The position numbers and the translations under genes were made by a program. A stretch of DNA of 52,531 nucleotides from the NCBI GenBank assembly GCA_028701335.1, contig JAQVQY010000001.1:1-52531 (forward strand), given 5' to 3'. The notes under the pieces were generated by a model. That model was not told the origin of the DNA. It did no database searches and was given only the letters and a program-made list of their open reading frames with translations. Positions within the stretch are counted from its first letter, which is position 1. Each line of letters opens with the position of its first letter. This document shows, piece after piece, positions 1-13,029 of the stretch. The stretch comes from Eubacteriales bacterium. Lineage in GTDB: Bacteria; Bacillota; Clostridia; Christensenellales; Aristaeellaceae.

Positions 1-22
1 AAACCCCTTTGTTTCTTGCCCT

Positions 23-31
23 ATTATATCA
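23..31 (-). promoter_or_regulatory. possible extended -10 promoter reading leftwards out of the window
   Basis: The reverse complement of 23-31 is TGATATAAT (TGn + TATAAT). Downstream on the minus strand, a purine-rich leader ends AAAGGGG at the window edge. There is no convincing -35, and the target gene is off-window. Confidence 0.3.
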
Positions 32-125
32 TATTTCGTCTTGTTTCCCTTGATTATTCCTTGCTTTCCTGCAGCTCAATGGCAAAGTCCCAGCTGCTCG
101 GGGCTGGGACTTTGTCTACAGTCTG

Positions 126-150
126 AAGCGGCGGTATACGCCGCTTTTTG
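126..150 (+). terminator. rho-independent terminator-like hairpin just upstream of msrB
   Basis: AAGCGGCG-GTATA-CGCCGCTT stem-loop whose 3' arm runs into a T5 tract. A second 12-bp hairpin (83-114) precedes it. Confidence 0.55.
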
Positions 151-173
151 ACTTTTATGTTGAGGAGACGTTG

Positions 174-716
174 ATGAAATACCTGATGGTCCTGCTGCTG
201 GCAGCCTCCTGGCTGTCCCTTGCGGCGCGTCCCGCCCGGGCGGAAGGCCCAGTGCCTGACTATCCCCGGCCTTCACCTGAAGAACTGAAAGACAAGCTCA
301 GCGACCTAAGCTACCGGGTGACCCAGCAGGGGGACACCGAGCGCCCCTTCACCGGCGAGTACTGGGATGAGGAACGCCCAGGCCTTTATGTGGATGTAAC
401 CACGGGGGAACCGCTGTTCTTCTCCTTTGACAAGTACGATGCCGGCTGCGGCTGGCCCAGCTTTGTGAAGCCCATATCCGAAGACCTGATTAAAGAGTAC
501 AAGGACCTGTCCCATGGCATGGTGCGAACGGAGGTTAAAAGCGCTTCGGGTGATGCCCACCTGGGCCATGTCTTCACCGACGGCCCCAAAGACCGGGGCG
601 GCCTGCGCTATTGCATTAACTCAGCTTCTCTTACCTTTATCCCCATTGAGGAGATGGAAGCGCATGGCTACGGCTACCTCCTCCCCGCGTTTGAGGCAAA
701 GCAGCCAGGCGAATAA
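174..716 (+). CDS. msrB: peptide-methionine (R)-S-oxide reductase MsrB with N-terminal signal peptide
   Basis: Contains the GCGWPSF and RYCINS motifs (resolving and catalytic Cys). It has no CxxC zinc motifs. The N-terminus [25 protein letters not shown] looks like a Sec signal peptide. The ORF track starts at TTG 171, but ATG 174 lies 6 nt after GAGGAG. Confidence 0.92.
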   Translation: MKYLMVLLLAASWLSLAARPARAEGPVPDYPRPSPEELKDKLSDLSYRVTQQGDTERPFTGEYWDEERPGLYVDVTTGEPLFFSFDKYDAGCGWPSFVKPISEDLIKEYKDLSHGMVRTEVKSASGDAHLGHVFTDGPKDRGGLRYCINSASLTFIPIEEMEAHGYGYLLPAFEAKQPGE

Positions 717-724
717 AAAAACCG

Positions 725-1474
725 CTATGGCGTGATGGTCCGGCTTTCGCCGGTCACGCTGTCCTCCAGCACCATCCGGCGAAACAGGCAGCGCAGATTG
801 CCCGAGGCAATATCCTGATGGTGATGGCCGAAATACCACTTCCTGAAGCGCCCGGCGGCGTAGATCCTGTCCAGCATAAAGGCCGGATGGGCACGGTTGC
901 CGGGCGTTTCTTCCATGTGGGTGTAATAGCTCTGCGGCGGAAGGCGAAGGGGGAAACCAAAGCGCTCGGTTACAAATGTCCGGGGCCCGTCGTGGCTGAT
1001 GAGGTAATCGGGCACCTCACGGCTGAAGTAGCCGGCGATGATGGCCTCAGCCTGCGCGCTTATCAGCAGTTCCTCCCGAAACACATCGATCCCAAGCTCC
1101 CGCAGGAAGAAATCAATGGACAGCCCCCCTGGATAAAACCAGAAGCGCTTGCCGCCCAGGGTGGCCGTTTCTCCCGGCAAGGGGGCAAAGAGGTTCCCGC
1201 CCAGGTCATGGCCCAGGCAGCCATGGCGCCTGACAACAGGCTGGCGGGCAATCCAGCCGTAGTTCTCATGGTTTCCCAGGCAGATAATCACCTGCGTGGG
1301 CAGGCTCTGCCACCACTTGAGAACCTCATCGGTGTCCGCCCGCCAGGGCGCGCCCAGGTCCCCCAGGTGGATGAGGGCGTCCTCCCCGCCAAGCCCAAGG
1401 CGCGCCGCCTCTGGTGAGCGCAGCTTTCCCAGGTCCTTCTTCCCATGGGTGTCTCCTACAAACAAAAAACGCAC
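725..1474 (-). CDS. metallophosphoesterase (calcineurin-like)
   Basis: Motifs GDTHG, GDLG, GNHENY and GHHH appear in the expected order. Confidence 0.85.
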   Translation of the reverse strand: MRFLFVGDTHGKKDLGKLRSPEAARLGLGGEDALIHLGDLGAPWRADTDEVLKWWQSLPTQVIICLGNHENYGWIARQPVVRRHGCLGHDLGGNLFAPLPGETATLGGKRFWFYPGGLSIDFFLRELGIDVFREELLISAQAEAIIAGYFSREVPDYLISHDGPRTFVTERFGFPLRLPPQSYYTHMEETPGNRAHPAFMLDRIYAAGRFRKWYFGHHHQDIASGNLRCLFRRMVLEDSVTGESRTITP

Positions 1475-1522
1475 GGCTTCTCCCCCGCGGCACAGCCCTA
1501 AAGCTATATACCCCGGGATTGC

Positions 1523-2275
1523 CTAAGGCTTCACTGCCCGGGTCAGAATAAAGCTGGGAATATTCATGAGGCGCAGCCGGCCTTCTGAGTTGGTGTCCTC
1601 CAGCAGGTGAGTCATAATGAATCCCGCCTTCAGCTGCCCGCCGATCTGCTCCTCCAGCGTATGGGAGAACTGGACGCCCCCGTCCGATGCCTCGAGGCTT
1701 TTTTTATGCTCCGCATTATGCAATGGATTAAACGGCAGGCCGAATACAAGGCATTCCTCCCGCTCGTCCACAATAAAATTGATGCCGGTATCCAGGCCAC
1801 ACAAAAGAATGCCGCCAGGCTTCAGCACCCGGAAGCACTCCCTGAAGATGGGCTCAACCTCTTCCACATAGCAGTTGGACACGGGATGGAAAATCAGATC
1901 GAATTGCCCGTCATCAAACGGCAACAGCCTGGTCATGTCGCCCCGAATGATGGCGATGGGATACCCCTCCCGCTCTGAAACCATCCGCTCGCTCTCCAGC
2001 TGCCGGGGTGAATAGTCCAGCACCGTACATCGGGCCCCCAGGGCCGCGAATACCGGCATCTGCTGGCCGCCGCCGGAGGCCAGGCCCAATACGGCCTTAT
2101 CCTCAAGATTGCCAAACCAGTCTCTGGGGACCGGTCGGTTGGGCGTCAGCACCACCTGCCACTCCCCCTGCCTGGCTTTCAAATAAACCTCGTGGGAAAT
2201 GGGCTGCCCCCACTCCCAGCCTTCCGCAGCCCAGCGGTCGATGGCCCGGGCATTGATGTCCTGATAGGGCTCCAT
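1523..2275 (-). CDS. class I SAM-dependent methyltransferase
   Basis: Has a VLGLASGGGQQ glycine-rich motif I and an LKPGG motif typical of Methyltransf_11-like proteins. ATG 2275 overlaps the stop of the upstream S4 gene (TGATG). The ORF track start is GTG 2278. Confidence 0.82.
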   Translation of the reverse strand: MEPYQDINARAIDRWAAEGWEWGQPISHEVYLKARQGEWQVVLTPNRPVPRDWFGNLEDKAVLGLASGGGQQMPVFAALGARCTVLDYSPRQLESERMVSEREGYPIAIIRGDMTRLLPFDDGQFDLIFHPVSNCYVEEVEPIFRECFRVLKPGGILLCGLDTGINFIVDEREECLVFGLPFNPLHNAEHKKSLEASDGGVQFSHTLEEQIGGQLKAGFIMTHLLEDTNSEGRLRLMNIPSFILTRAVKP

Positions 2276-2550
2276 CACCGGTTCCGCTCAGAGAGCGTCT
2301 CCTCGTCCTCCTGGAGCACCCGGTACATCTCCGCCGCCTGATCCTTGCGTGCCGCCTCCTGCACCAGGGTGATCCCATAGCGGCCCAGGCGGCTGCCAAA
2401 GCGGATCTCCAGGATATCGCCCTCCTTAACCTCGGCGCCGGCCTTGGCCACCCGGCCGTTGAGGCTCACCCGCCCGCCATCGCAGGCCTCCTTGGCCACG
2501 GTACGGCGCTTGATGATGCGGGATACCTTCAGGTATTTGTCCAGGCGCAT
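2275..2550 (-). CDS. S4-domain RNA-binding protein (YabO/Hsp15-like)
   Basis: MRLDKYLKVSRIIKRRTVAKEACDGGRVSLNG is an S4 domain. The protein is 91 aa and sits downstream of mazG/hup, as in the Firmicute yabN-yabO block. The RBS is AAAGGAGGG. Confidence 0.85.
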   Translation of the reverse strand: MRLDKYLKVSRIIKRRTVAKEACDGGRVSLNGRVAKAGAEVKEGDILEIRFGSRLGRYGITLVQEAARKDQAAEMYRVLQEDEETLSERNR

Positions 2551-2565
2551 GGAACCCTCCTTTGC

Positions 2566-2600
2566 AGAAAAAAGCTGCGGGCAAACATTTGCGCCGCAGC
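2566..2600 (-). terminator. rho-independent terminator after hup
   Basis: On the minus strand, an imperfect GC-rich hairpin (GCTGCGGCGCAA/TTGCCCGCAGC) is followed by TTTTTTCT. Confidence 0.6.
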
Positions 2601-2618
2601 ATGTCAGGTAACTCTGAA

Positions 2619-2891
2619 TTAGTTGAGCTGATCCTTAAAGGTCTTGCTGGCCTTGAACGTGGGGGCTTTGGAGGCCTTGACCTTGATCGGCTCGCCGGTG
2701 CGGGGGTTGCGGGCGGTGCGGGCGGGGCGCTTCTTGGCTTCAAAAGTTCCAAAGCCAATCAGCTGAACCTTTTCACCCTTTTTCAGGGTCTTCTGGATGG
2801 TGGAGAGTACGGCGTTGACAGTCTTTTCGGCGTCAACTTTCTTCATCTCGGTTTCCTTGGCCACTGCTGCGATCAACTCAGTCTTATTCAT
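2619..2891 (-). CDS. hup: HU family DNA-binding protein
   Basis: 90 aa. MNKTELI...GFGTFE...RTARNPRTGEPI is the classic HU/IHF signature. Confidence 0.96.
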   Translation of the reverse strand: MNKTELIAAVAKETEMKKVDAEKTVNAVLSTIQKTLKKGEKVQLIGFGTFEAKKRPARTARNPRTGEPIKVKASKAPTFKASKTFKDQLN

Positions 2892-2927
2892 GTGCTTACC
2901 TCCAATTTTAGTCTGACGAAAGCAAAA

Positions 2928-4361
2928 CTACTGTACTTTCATTTTACTTCGCTCCCAGTATACCCCCAAATCGAGGCTTGTCAACATTTTTAAAGCCTTT
3001 TTGTCTGATTTTATCGCATTTTCCATCCATAAAAAGCGCCGGATGAATTTTTCGGTGGCCAAATTAAGCGCCTGGCCGCCTGAAACACCCATCAGACGGG
3101 CAGTGTTCACGCAGGCAAAAAGCAAGTCCCCCAACTCCTCCAGCGCTTTTTCGGGGTCACCCAGCGCCTGGCGCAGTTCTTCCGCTTCCTCTTCAACCTT
3201 TTCAAGCACCTGGGCGGCCTCCTTCCAGTCAAAGCCCACCCGGGCCGCGGCTGCCTGCACCTTCTCCGCGCGCATCATGGGCGGGAATGAAGCAGGCACT
3301 GCCTGCATGGCCTCTCCCGGGCTAGCTTCCCCGCGCTCAGCCTGCTTGATCTCATCCCAGGTTTTCTTCACGCCCTCCGCCGTATCCAGCTTCATTTCGC
3401 CAAAGATATGAGGATGGCGCCGGATGAGCTTTGCACAAATGCTCTCAAGCATTTCACCCCAGCTGAGGGTGCCCTGCTCCTCCCCCACCACCGCGTGAAA
3501 CGCCAGCTGCAGGAAAACGTCCCCCAGCTCCTCCGCCGCGTGGGCCCAGTTTCCTTGTACCAGCTCCGCCGCGGCCTCATTGGCCTCCTCCACCAGGTAT
3601 TTGGCCAGGCTCCCGTGGGTCTGCTTTTTGTCCCAGGGGCAGCCGTCCTTACCGCGCAGCCTGCGCATGATAGCCAGCAGGTCCTCCGGGTCAAAGGCGG
3701 TTTTCTCCAGCAGCGGCACCGGAAACACGATAAATCCCGCTGTGTGGTCGTACTTCCTCTGGCGGTCGATTTCAGGAAGCGCCATCCAGGCCCCCCGCCG
3801 CGCCGCCTGCTCTCCGGGGGCAAAGAACAGTACCCGGGCTATCTCGCCATAAACCGGCAGCAGCTTCAGTTTCACGTCCCCCGCCAGGGCGCGGCTGTTC
3901 AGCTCCACCACCGCCAGGGGCTGCTGGGCGTTATAGACCTCCAGAGACACGGCGCTTGACACCAAAACGGGCCCCGCTGTATCCGCCTGGGAAATAAAAG
4001 CGTTCTCCAATGGCACCCCGGGCAATACCCTGAGGAAATCCCTGGCTTGCTCCCTGATGAGGCGCACCGTCTCGTCCCGGGCCGGGTCTGCCACTGCGTA
4101 GGTCACCGCGCGCTTCCCGGCCAAAGAAAGCACATGCCCGGCCGCCTCCCGGGCAAAAGCATCAAAGTCAGGGCTTTTATCATGCAGCTCGTCAAGCGTG
4201 GTGAAAGCGATGCCCTCTTCCTCAAGCAACCGGGCAACCCCGTGGCGCGAGGTACGCAGCACCAGGCAGCCAGCTCGCTGCATCTGCTTGTATGCCCCCA
4301 GGGTCACAAGGTCCCTGTGTCCGGGCCCCAGGGCCGCCACCGTAATTGTGTGCAATTTCAA
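2928..4361 (-). CDS. mazG: YabN-type fusion: tetrapyrrole-methylase-like domain + MazG NTP pyrophosphohydrolase
   Basis: The N-terminal half (ITVAALGPGHRDLVT...) resembles a SAM/tetrapyrrole methylase. The C-terminal half has two MazG EExxE repeats (LVEEANEAAAEL, EEEAEELRQAL). The ORF-track start at 4583 overlaps the upstream gene. The likely start is TTG 4361 (overlapping the upstream TGA) or TTG 4355, behind GGGGGAGGGA. Confidence 0.88.
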   Translation of the reverse strand: MKLHTITVAALGPGHRDLVTLGAYKQMQRAGCLVLRTSRHGVARLLEEEGIAFTTLDELHDKSPDFDAFAREAAGHVLSLAGKRAVTYAVADPARDETVRLIREQARDFLRVLPGVPLENAFISQADTAGPVLVSSAVSLEVYNAQQPLAVVELNSRALAGDVKLKLLPVYGEIARVLFFAPGEQAARRGAWMALPEIDRQRKYDHTAGFIVFPVPLLEKTAFDPEDLLAIMRRLRGKDGCPWDKKQTHGSLAKYLVEEANEAAAELVQGNWAHAAEELGDVFLQLAFHAVVGEEQGTLSWGEMLESICAKLIRRHPHIFGEMKLDTAEGVKKTWDEIKQAERGEASPGEAMQAVPASFPPMMRAEKVQAAAARVGFDWKEAAQVLEKVEEEAEELRQALGDPEKALEELGDLLFACVNTARLMGVSGGQALNLATEKFIRRFLWMENAIKSDKKALKMLTSLDLGVYWERSKMKVQ

Positions 4362-5998
4362 TCCCTCCCCCGGAGCCTGCTGAAGGGCAGTTCGCTGCGC
4401 CGTATCGCCCCCGTTTTCAGCGCCGCAAAGCCATACAGCGCCACTGCGCCTGCCAGCACCAGCCCCATCAGCAGCCAGCTTCGCCCGATCCTTTGACCCC
4501 ATAAAGCGCTTATCAAATATACCGGCAACGCCATCACCAGGGTGGCAAGCCCCGGCCTTAACACCGTCTCCTGCCAGGACCATCTGAGCCCTGTGATTTT
4601 GATCACATAATAGAGGTTCAGCCCGCCGCTGAGGATATAGCAGGCCAGGGAGGCATAAGGCGCACCGCCGATGTTGATTTCCGGCCGGTTCACGGCCGTG
4701 TAGTTGATGGCGATCTTCACCACGATCCCCGCCGCAAGTGTGTACATGGGGATGCGCTGCTTGCGCATCCCCTGAAGGATCCCGCTGGTAGCCTGAACCA
4801 GGGTGAACACCACGATGGTCAACGAGCTGATTTCAAGCAAATCTGCCCCCAGGCGCAGCTGCTCCGGAGTGTACTCCCGGCCAAACAGCAGCGTCAATAT
4901 CGGGTGGGCCAGCAGGCTCATGCCCACGGAGCTGGGGAGCCCCACCACCATGGCCAGGCGGATACCCGTGGCGGCGTCGCGCTTCACGCCGTCATGGTCC
5001 CGCCGCGCCCTCTTCTCTGAAATGGCGGGTACCAGATTGGTGGACATAGCCATGGCCAGTGCTGTGGGGACGTTGATCAGAGACAATACCAGGCCATAGA
5101 TGCCATAGCGGGACAGTGCCTCCAGCTCCGGCAGGTAAGCCTTCATCTGGCGCACCAGCATGAAGCTGTCCACCGCCCCTGCCAGGGGCACGATGCTGGC
5201 GCCGATGGTAATGGGGATGGCGGTCACCACCAGCTCCCGGGCGATGGCTTTGGTTGGGGTCGGCTGTGAGGTATCCGACTCTGCCTCGCGCACCAGCCTG
5301 GGCCTTGCCACCAGATAATCCGCCATCATGTAAAGCATGGCAGCGCCTTCAGCAATGGTGGTGCCCAGCAACGCCCCTGCCGCCCCCAGCACAAAGCCGC
5401 CCCGCGCCATGCCGGCATAGGCCAGCGGCAGCGCCACGCCCACCTTTCCCACCTGCTCAATCAGCTGGCTGATGGCTGTGGGCCACATGCGGCGCTGCCC
5501 CTGCATATAGCCCCTGAAAGCGCTCATGGCGCACACAAAGAACAGGCTGGGCGCGATCATCATAAACCCGGCCTTAGATTCGGGCGTCCCTGTGGCCTGG
5601 GCAAAGCGCCCGCTGAAGAGCATCATCACCAGCATGCTCACAAGCCCCAGGAGGCCGAGCATGATAAGCGCGATGCGAAACATGCGCCTGGCGTTCCCGG
5701 CGTGGCCCCGGGCCAGGCTGCCGGCCACCATGCGGGATATGGCCACGGGGATGCCGGCTGAGGATATCGCCAGCATCAGGTTATAGGTGGGGAAAACCTG
5801 GTTGTACACCCCCATCCCGGGGGGCCCGATGAGGTTGGCCAGCGGGATGCGGTAGAGCACCCCCACCACCTTGCAGATGAGCCCCGCGGCGGCCAGAATG
5901 GAGATGCCCCCCACCAGGGAGCGCTGCCGGGGCGTCACGGATTTGCTCTTAGGGACAATGGCGGAGAAGGAGCTTTTTCCAAACAGCCCCTTCCCCAT
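4358..5998 (-). CDS. MOP-superfamily polysaccharide/lipid II flippase (YabM/SpoVB/MurJ-like)
   Basis: 546 aa and polytopic. The N-terminus (KVVGVLYRIPLANLIGPPGMGVYNQVFPTYNLMLAISSAGIPVAISRMVA) is typical of the polysaccharide biosynthesis protein family. It sits upstream of yabN, as in B. subtilis. Confidence 0.85.
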   Translation of the reverse strand: MGKGLFGKSSFSAIVPKSKSVTPRQRSLVGGISILAAAGLICKVVGVLYRIPLANLIGPPGMGVYNQVFPTYNLMLAISSAGIPVAISRMVAGSLARGHAGNARRMFRIALIMLGLLGLVSMLVMMLFSGRFAQATGTPESKAGFMMIAPSLFFVCAMSAFRGYMQGQRRMWPTAISQLIEQVGKVGVALPLAYAGMARGGFVLGAAGALLGTTIAEGAAMLYMMADYLVARPRLVREAESDTSQPTPTKAIARELVVTAIPITIGASIVPLAGAVDSFMLVRQMKAYLPELEALSRYGIYGLVLSLINVPTALAMAMSTNLVPAISEKRARRDHDGVKRDAATGIRLAMVVGLPSSVGMSLLAHPILTLLFGREYTPEQLRLGADLLEISSLTIVVFTLVQATSGILQGMRKQRIPMYTLAAGIVVKIAINYTAVNRPEINIGGAPYASLACYILSGGLNLYYVIKITGLRWSWQETVLRPGLATLVMALPVYLISALWGQRIGRSWLLMGLVLAGAVALYGFAALKTGAIRRSELPFSRLRGRD

Positions 5999-6025
5999 GC
6001 CGAGTCCGCAAAATAGTTTATCATG

Positions 6026-8563
<2,538 letters not shown>

Positions 8564-8584
8564 CTTCTGTCCTGTCTTTTCATG

Positions 8585-10561
<1,977 letters not shown>

Positions 10562-10802
10562 TTACCTCGCCTTCCTGTTCACAGCCGTTATGGGTGCTGG
10601 AACGCGCCCTTTCCGGTCTTCATATTATAGCATATTTTGGTCGAAAACAAAAGGGAAAACACCCGCCTTCCATATCGATTTTCTCCATATTTCACAAGCA
10701 TTGCGGCCCGGCCGGGCTTTTGTATAATTTGGTAAGGCGCGGCCTTGGGACAGGGCCCCATATAAGCCCCTTGGGGAACAGGAAAAGTGCAGCCGAATCT
10801 TT

Positions 10803-10831
10803 TTGACACGTGCCTGGATGTGTGGTAGAAT
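10803..10831 (+). promoter_or_regulatory. sigma-A type promoter of the T-box operon
   Basis: TTGACA (10803-08), a 17-nt spacer, then TAGAAT (10826-31), with TGG immediately upstream of the -10. Confidence 0.7.
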
Positions 10832-10837
10832 GCGCGC

Positions 10838-11097
10838 ATAAACCGATGAGGGAGACAAGTAAGCGGAACCGCTTGAACCAAAGAGAGCCGCCGATGGTGG
10901 GAACGCGGCATGAGAGCGTCCGGTGAATGGCCTCCCGAGGGTTGCTTCAAACGGGAAACCAAGTAGAAGCAGACGGGAACCGCGCCCGTTATCAAGGCGG
11001 CATGTGTGTCGGCGCATGGAACAAGAAGGCTTCACAGCCAATTTGAGTGGTACCGCGGTCAAACGCCTCAAGCATCATTGCTTGAGGCGTTTTTTAT
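10838..11097 (+). promoter_or_regulatory. T-box leader (tRNA-sensing riboswitch), probable Trp specifier UGG
   Basis: Stem I elements are GAUGAG (10845-50), AGUA (10858-61), AGAGAG (10882-87) and the distal loop GAUGGUGGGAAC. The specifier loop 3' strand is GUGAAUGGC (UGG at 10928-30). The T-box motif AAUUUGAGUGGUACCGCGG is at 11039-58. A terminator hairpin at 11062-91 is followed by a T tract running to 11096. Confidence 0.85.
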
Positions 11098-11147
11098 CGC
11101 AAGGCATGGACTCCGACTGCCCAATCAAGAAAAGGAGACCTGAAACC

Positions 11148-12122
11148 ATGAAGAAACATCGCGTTATCCTGATCCTGGCCCTGATTCTGGCGCTTTTCAC
11201 CCTCTCCGTCTCCGCTTCCACAACTCCCCTGCGGATTGGTATCGCCCAGTTCGCTGTCCACGGCTCGCTTGACAATGTGCGGGATGGCTTCCTTATGGGC
11301 CTGGCCGAGGGCGGCTATATGAGGGGAGACAACCTCATCGTCGACGAACAAAACGCCCAGGCGGACATGGGCATGGCCAGCGCCATCGCTTCCGCCTTTG
11401 TGGACAACCGCTATGACCTGATCTGCGCCATCGCCACCCCCATGGCCGTGGTGAGCGCCAACACCGCCGATGGGGCAATCCCCGTCATCTACGCCGCCGT
11501 CACCTCCCCCCTTGAAGCGGGGCTGGCCGATGAAAACGGGCTTTCCACCCTGAACGTCACCGGCACCAGCGACCAGCCGCCCATCGGCCGGCAGCTGGCC
11601 CTCATCCGCGCGCTCCAGCCGGAAGCCAAAAAAGTGGGCCTCCTCTACACCGTGGGCGAGGTGAACTCCCAGGTGCTGGCCCGGCAATATAAGGAGCTGG
11701 CCCCGGAATATGGATTTGAGATCGTGGAGGCTACAGTGAGCGCGGGCTCTGAGATCTCCCTGGCGCTGCCGGGGCTGGTAAACCAGGCGGATTGCCTGAG
11801 CATGCTGCTGGACAACACGGTGGTGCAGTACCTGGACCTGGTGCTTGACGCGGCTGAGGACGCCGGCATCCCGGTGTATGGCAGTGAAATCGAGCAGGTC
11901 ACCAAGGGTTGTGCCGCCGCCGCGGGCATTGACTACGTGGCCCTTGGCCGGCAGACGGGCCTCCTGGCCACCCGGGTCCTAAACGGCGAGTCCGCGGGCA
12001 GCATCCCCTACCTCCAGGTGGAAGACGCCGCGCTGTATGTGAACCCCCAGGTGCTGGAGCGCCTGAACATCAAAATCCCTGAAGGCCTTCAGGGCCAGCT
12101 GCTGGACGCCAGCGGCAGGTGA
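11148..12122 (+). CDS. ABC transporter substrate-binding protein (PF04392/BMP-like, TrpX-like)
   Basis: The RBS AAAGGAGA lies 9 nt upstream of ATG 11148. The signal peptide is MKKHRVILILALILALFTLSVSAS, and the mature part begins LRIGIAQFAVHGSLDNVRDGF, typical of this family. The longer track ORF from 10923 runs through the T-box leader. Confidence 0.88.
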   Translation: MKKHRVILILALILALFTLSVSASTTPLRIGIAQFAVHGSLDNVRDGFLMGLAEGGYMRGDNLIVDEQNAQADMGMASAIASAFVDNRYDLICAIATPMAVVSANTADGAIPVIYAAVTSPLEAGLADENGLSTLNVTGTSDQPPIGRQLALIRALQPEAKKVGLLYTVGEVNSQVLARQYKELAPEYGFEIVEATVSAGSEISLALPGLVNQADCLSMLLDNTVVQYLDLVLDAAEDAGIPVYGSEIEQVTKGCAAAAGIDYVALGRQTGLLATRVLNGESAGSIPYLQVEDAALYVNPQVLERLNIKIPEGLQGQLLDASGR

Positions 12123-13029
12123 CCATGCAGATTCTCTCTTCTTTTTCAGCTGCCCTGCCCAGCGCTGTTGAGCAGGGCCTGCTGTATGCCGTGATGGCGC
12201 TGGGTGTGATGATCACCTACCTGGTGCTGGACTTTCCGGACCTGACGGTGGACGGCTCCTTTCCCCTGGGCGCTGTGGTCAGCGCGCGGCTGATTTTGGC
12301 AGGGACCAATCCCCTGCTTGCCATGCTGCTTCGGCTCTGGCCGGTGCTATGGCCGGGCTTGCCACAGGCCTGATCCACGTAAAACTGAAGGTACGGGATC
12401 TGTTCTCCGGCATCATCATGATGACCGCTCTATACTCCGTCAACCTCCGCCTGGCAGGGGACAGCGCCCTTTTGCCCCTGCCGCGCACCAGTTTCACCCT
12501 CTTTCGCAACAACCCCGTGGCAGAAGCGCTGCCGGCAGGCTGCAGCACGCTGATTATCGCCCTGATCGCGGCGCTTGCGGTAAAAGCGCTGCTGGACCTC
12601 TTCTTCAAGACCCGCGCCGGTTTTCTGCTACGGGCCGCCGGGGACAACCCCCAGGTGGTCACCTCCCTGGCCCGGGACAAGGGCCAGGTGAAGATCCTGG
12701 GCCTGATGATCGCCAACGCCCTGGTGGCGCTTGCCGGCGGCCTGGTGGCCCAGGAGCAGCGCATGTTTGAGATATCCATGGGCACAGGCGCCATGGTGCT
12801 GTCCCTGGCATCGGTCATCCTGGGGGTCAACCTGCTTGGCAAGATAGAAAAAATGAGCATCACGCTCAAGGTTATCATCGGATCCATCCTCTATAAGATC
12901 AGCGTCGCCTTCGCCATCGCCTGCGGGCTGAAGCCGGGGGACTTAAAGCTGGTCACCGCCGCGCTGTTCCTGGTAATCCTGGCGGCGGGGCTCTTCCCCA
13001 AAGGAGGCAAAAAGCATGCTGGCCCTTGA
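12119..13029 (+). pseudogene. ABC transporter permease (TrpY-like) interrupted by a 1-nt frameshift near 12320-12331
   Basis: Two ORFs (12119-12373 and 12349-13029) together make one roughly 300-aa permease. Frame 1 reads ...AGTNPLLAML and frame 2 continues AASALAGAMAGLATGLIHVKLKV. The GTG start overlaps the stop of the binding-protein gene. Confidence 0.75.

Noticed and set aside
10923-11147. The 75-codon N-terminal extension of the ORF 10923-12122.
   Set aside because: It runs through the T-box leader and its terminator. A good RBS and ATG at 11148 give a normal signal peptide, so the extension is an open-frame artefact.
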